In this document: positions 61,721-64,000 of the stretch, one piece after another | Layout: the number at the start of each line of letters is the position of its first letter | Numbering within the stretch: position 1 is the first letter of the stretch | DNA from: an uncultured Microbacterium sp. | GTDB lineage: Bacteria > Actinomycetota > Actinomycetes > Actinomycetales > Microbacteriaceae | Assembly (NCBI GenBank): GCA_964400205.1 | Contig: CAYNTU010000010.1 | Location: 891-64,890, forward strand | Direction: 5' to 3' | Length of the DNA stretch: 64,000 bases | Notes under the pieces: model-generated | Told to the model about the DNA's origin: nothing | The model's input: the letters and a program-made list of their open reading frames with translations, nothing else | The model's database searches: none | Program-made: the position numbers and the translations under genes

Positions 61721-63016
61721 ATGTCCACCGCGATCACGGGTACCTCGGCAGCAGAGATAGCTGAGAGCATCCGCATGCTCGTTGACACCGGTGCACTGGG
61801 CGCTGGGGATGCGCTCCCGCCCGTCCGTGAGCTCGCAACACAGCTTGGCGTCAACAGAAACACAGCGAGTGCCGCCTACCGCCGTCTCGCCGAAACGGGG
61901 CTCGCCGTAGCCCGAGGGCGTGCCGGAACCGTCATCGCCGCAGCTCCGCGCTCTCCGCGCGACGGCACCCACGACGCTGCGCTCGTAGACCTTGCTTCGG
62001 GCAACCCCGACCCACGCTTCATTCCCACCGCAATGGTGACTTCGACCCCCGTGCTCTACGGCGCACCGGCCCTTGATAAAGGCCTGGGCGAATACGCGCG
62101 CTCCGAACTCTTTGCGGATTTTGCTCATCCCAGCGCCAGAATTGCCGTCACGAACGGTGCAGTTGACGCGATTGAACGAATCCTCGCAGCGCAGATCGGA
62201 CGAGACGACCTTGTCGCGATTGAAGACCCGGGGTTGCTCACCAGCATCGACACAGCCCGCATCGGCGGATTTCGCACAATCGGCATGCAGGTTGATGAGG
62301 AGGGCATCCTTCCTCAGGCGCTCAAGGCGGCATTGCAAGCTGGGGCCCGGGCAATCGTCGTAACACCTCGCGCGCAGAACCCGACGGCGGCGAGTTTCAC
62401 GCAAGCACGCGTAAATGAGCTGCGAGCGATCCTCACCGACTCCCCCGATGTTCTGCTCATCGAAGACGATCACTTTGCGCTGCTTTCAACGCAGTCTTAC
62501 TACAGCCTGATTACAGCGGAACAGAAGCGATTCGCGCTCGTGCGATCTGTCTCGGCGGCGCTTGGACCCGATGCGGGGGTTGCCCTCGTGTCGGCGGATG
62601 CAAGCACGGTCGAGCGATTGCGATACCGACAGGGCCCCGGGAGCATTTGGGTGAGCCACGTTCTGCAGCGACTTGTTCACGCACAGTTGACTGCGCCCGA
62701 GACGCGGTCGCTGCTGGCGGAAGCATCCGCTCACTACGCGCGTCGCAATGAGGCATTCGCGGCCGCGATCAAGGCACAGGCGATCGATGGTTTGCGTGCG
62801 CGTCCCGGCAGCGGGCTCAACACGTGGATTACGCTGCCGGCACCTGCAGGGGAAGTCACCCGCCGGCTTGCACAGGCCGGCTGGCGAGTCCGCGACGGCG
62901 CAGACTTTTCCGTCCAGGGGCATGATAACCGCCACATCCGTGTGACAGCGCACGCCCTGGGCGACAACGATCAAGAACAATTCATCAACGACCTCGTCAC
63001 GGCGATTGCCGCGTGA
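61721..63016 (+). CDS. pdxR: MocR/PdxR-type regulator (GntR-family wHTH fused to a PLP aminotransferase-like domain)
   Basis: 431 aa with an N-terminal GntR HTH (LPPVRELATQLGVNRNTASAAYRRL) and a C-terminal fold-type I aminotransferase-like domain. Divergent from pdxST. Confidence 0.85.
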   Translation: MSTAITGTSAAEIAESIRMLVDTGALGAGDALPPVRELATQLGVNRNTASAAYRRLAETGLAVARGRAGTVIAAAPRSPRDGTHDAALVDLASGNPDPRFIPTAMVTSTPVLYGAPALDKGLGEYARSELFADFAHPSARIAVTNGAVDAIERILAAQIGRDDLVAIEDPGLLTSIDTARIGGFRTIGMQVDEEGILPQALKAALQAGARAIVVTPRAQNPTAASFTQARVNELRAILTDSPDVLLIEDDHFALLSTQSYYSLITAEQKRFALVRSVSAALGPDAGVALVSADASTVERLRYRQGPGSIWVSHVLQRLVHAQLTAPETRSLLAEASAHYARRNEAFAAAIKAQAIDGLRARPGSGLNTWITLPAPAGEVTRRLAQAGWRVRDGADFSVQGHDNRHIRVTAHALGDNDQEQFINDLVTAIAA

Positions 63017-63045
63017 GGCACCGAACACCCCCTGGAGATCACACC

Positions 63046-63909
63046 ATGCCAAACCCCACCACGATTCTGTCGATCCAATCGGCGGTTGCCTACGGACACG
63101 TTGGCAACTCGGCCGCCGTGTTCCCTTTGCAGCGCATCGGCGTTGAGGTCTTGCCCGTCTACACCGTGAACTTCTCGAACCACACGGGCTATGGCGCATG
63201 GCGCGGGCCGCTCATCCCGCCCGCAGATGTCGCCGAGGTCATCACAGGCATCGAAGAGCGTGGCGCGTTCGGTTCGATCGACGCCGTGCTCTCGGGTTAC
63301 CAGGGGTCGGCGGGCATCGCCGATGTCATCATCGACACGGCCAAGCGCGTCAAAGCAGAAAACCCCAACGCCGTGTACTCGTGCGACCCCGTCATGGGCA
63401 ATGCCAAGAGCGGATGCTTCGTCGCCCCAGAAATACCCGTGCTCCTGCGCGAGAAGGTCGTGCCCGCAGCAGACATCATCACACCCAACCAGTTCGAGCT
63501 CGGGTTCTTGACCGACACCGAACCGCGCACGCTTGAAGAGACGCTCGCCTCGGCAGATCTCGCCCGCGCAATGGGCCCGAGCGTCGTACTTGTCACGAGC
63601 GTTGAGCGCCCGGATGCCCCGGCTGACACGATCGAGATGCTAGCGGTTGATGACAACGGGGCCTGGATTGTGCAAACCCCGCGCCTCCCAATGAAAGCGA
63701 ATGGCTCGGGCGACGTCACGGCGGCACTGTTTACGGCGCACTATGTCGAGACAGGTTCGGCAGAGACGGCACTCGCACGCACTGTTTCGAGCGTGTACGA
63801 ACTGCTCATGCTCACCTTCAAGTCAGGCGAACGAGAGCTGCAGCTCGTGCAGGCGCAAGAGTTCTACGCGAACCCGCCGCTGCAGTTCACGCCCGAACAG
63901 GTTCGCTAA
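63046..63909 (+). CDS. pdxY: pyridoxal/pyridoxamine kinase
   Basis: ILSIQSAVAYGHVGNSAAVFPLQ and CDPVMG, with the ribokinase-fold anion hole GSGD. ATG at 63046 follows GGAGAT, while the track ORF starts at GTG 63013. Confidence 0.88.
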   Translation: MPNPTTILSIQSAVAYGHVGNSAAVFPLQRIGVEVLPVYTVNFSNHTGYGAWRGPLIPPADVAEVITGIEERGAFGSIDAVLSGYQGSAGIADVIIDTAKRVKAENPNAVYSCDPVMGNAKSGCFVAPEIPVLLREKVVPAADIITPNQFELGFLTDTEPRTLEETLASADLARAMGPSVVLVTSVERPDAPADTIEMLAVDDNGAWIVQTPRLPMKANGSGDVTAALFTAHYVETGSAETALARTVSSVYELLMLTFKSGERELQLVQAQEFYANPPLQFTPEQVR

Positions 63910-63955
63910 GCCGGGCGGCGCGGCCGGGTGTGTTCCGTCACGCTCGCAGTCCCCC

Positions 63956-63973
63956 GACGGCCCACGGGCCGTC
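63956..63973 (+). terminator. hairpin GACGGCC-CACG-GGCCGTC after pdxY, nested inside a second 9-bp inverted repeat
   Basis: Read directly. The outer arms are CGCTCGCAG (63941-63949) and CTGCGAGCG (63992-64000). No U-tract, and the window ends here. Confidence 0.35.
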
Positions 63974-64000
63974 TCCCGCCAGTCCCGATGCCTGCGAGCG

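Noticed and set aside
1-64000. Search for CRISPR arrays, rRNA/tRNA genes, restriction-modification, complete toxin-antitoxin systems or other defence systems, prophage or integrase genes.
   Set aside because: I could see no repeat-spacer periodicity, no rRNA/tRNA-like intergenic segments (the largest gaps are under 190 bp and were read through) and no nuclease/methylase/integrase signatures. The only mobile gene is the IS481 transposase pseudogene.

Overview
This window is a high-GC actinobacterial chromosomal core segment. Gene content and order resemble Microbacteriaceae or other Actinomycetes, but the taxon is an inference. About 57 protein-coding genes are supported, and all but seven lie on the minus strand in tightly packed, often start/stop-overlapping operons. 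In coordinate order they are: pyk (5' part only, the gene runs off the window start), gltD-gltB, lgt, trpA-trpB-trpC with two small Trp-region membrane proteins, hisI-hisF-hisG-hisE, rpe, rsmB, fmt, priA, metK, rpoZ, [islet 1], a fused mIHF-gmk ORF, pyrF, [islet 2], carB-carA-pyrC-pyrB-pyrR, a Na+/H+ antiporter, a DCC-family protein, rmuC, nusB-efp, aroQ-aroB-aroK-aroC-aroE, mltG, ruvX, alaS, a small membrane protein, rpsD, rarA, a DUF349 protein, an AbiEi-like orphan ORF, relA, secF-secD-yajC, ruvB-ruvA-ruvC, yebC, pdxT-pdxS, divergent pdxR, and pdxK. I found no rRNA, tRNA or CRISPR. I also found no complete, convincing novel multi-gene system. The non-core material consists of two small lower-GC islets inserted into the otherwise conserved rpoZ-gmk-pyrF-carB block. 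Islet 1 (20605-23014) carries a PLDc_N-type mini membrane protein, an orphan secreted protein, and an IS481-family element whose transposase has a single in-frame TAA. Islet 2 (24927-26517) carries a Trp/Gly-rich secreted protein divergent from a roughly 6-TM membrane protein that is driven by a consensus TGnTATAAT promoter. The left edge of islet 2 is a perfect 24-bp inverted duplication of the pyrF Shine-Dalgarno and start region. Other items seen directly in the sequence are a 16-nt direct repeat (candidate PdxR operator) in the pdxS/pdxR intergenic region, a PyrR-type binding loop upstream of pyrR, several GC-rich terminator hairpins, and synteny gaps relative to model actinobacteria (no coaBC between rpoZ and metK, no trpE in the his-trp junction). 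All family assignments come from reading the translated ORFs. No database search was run.
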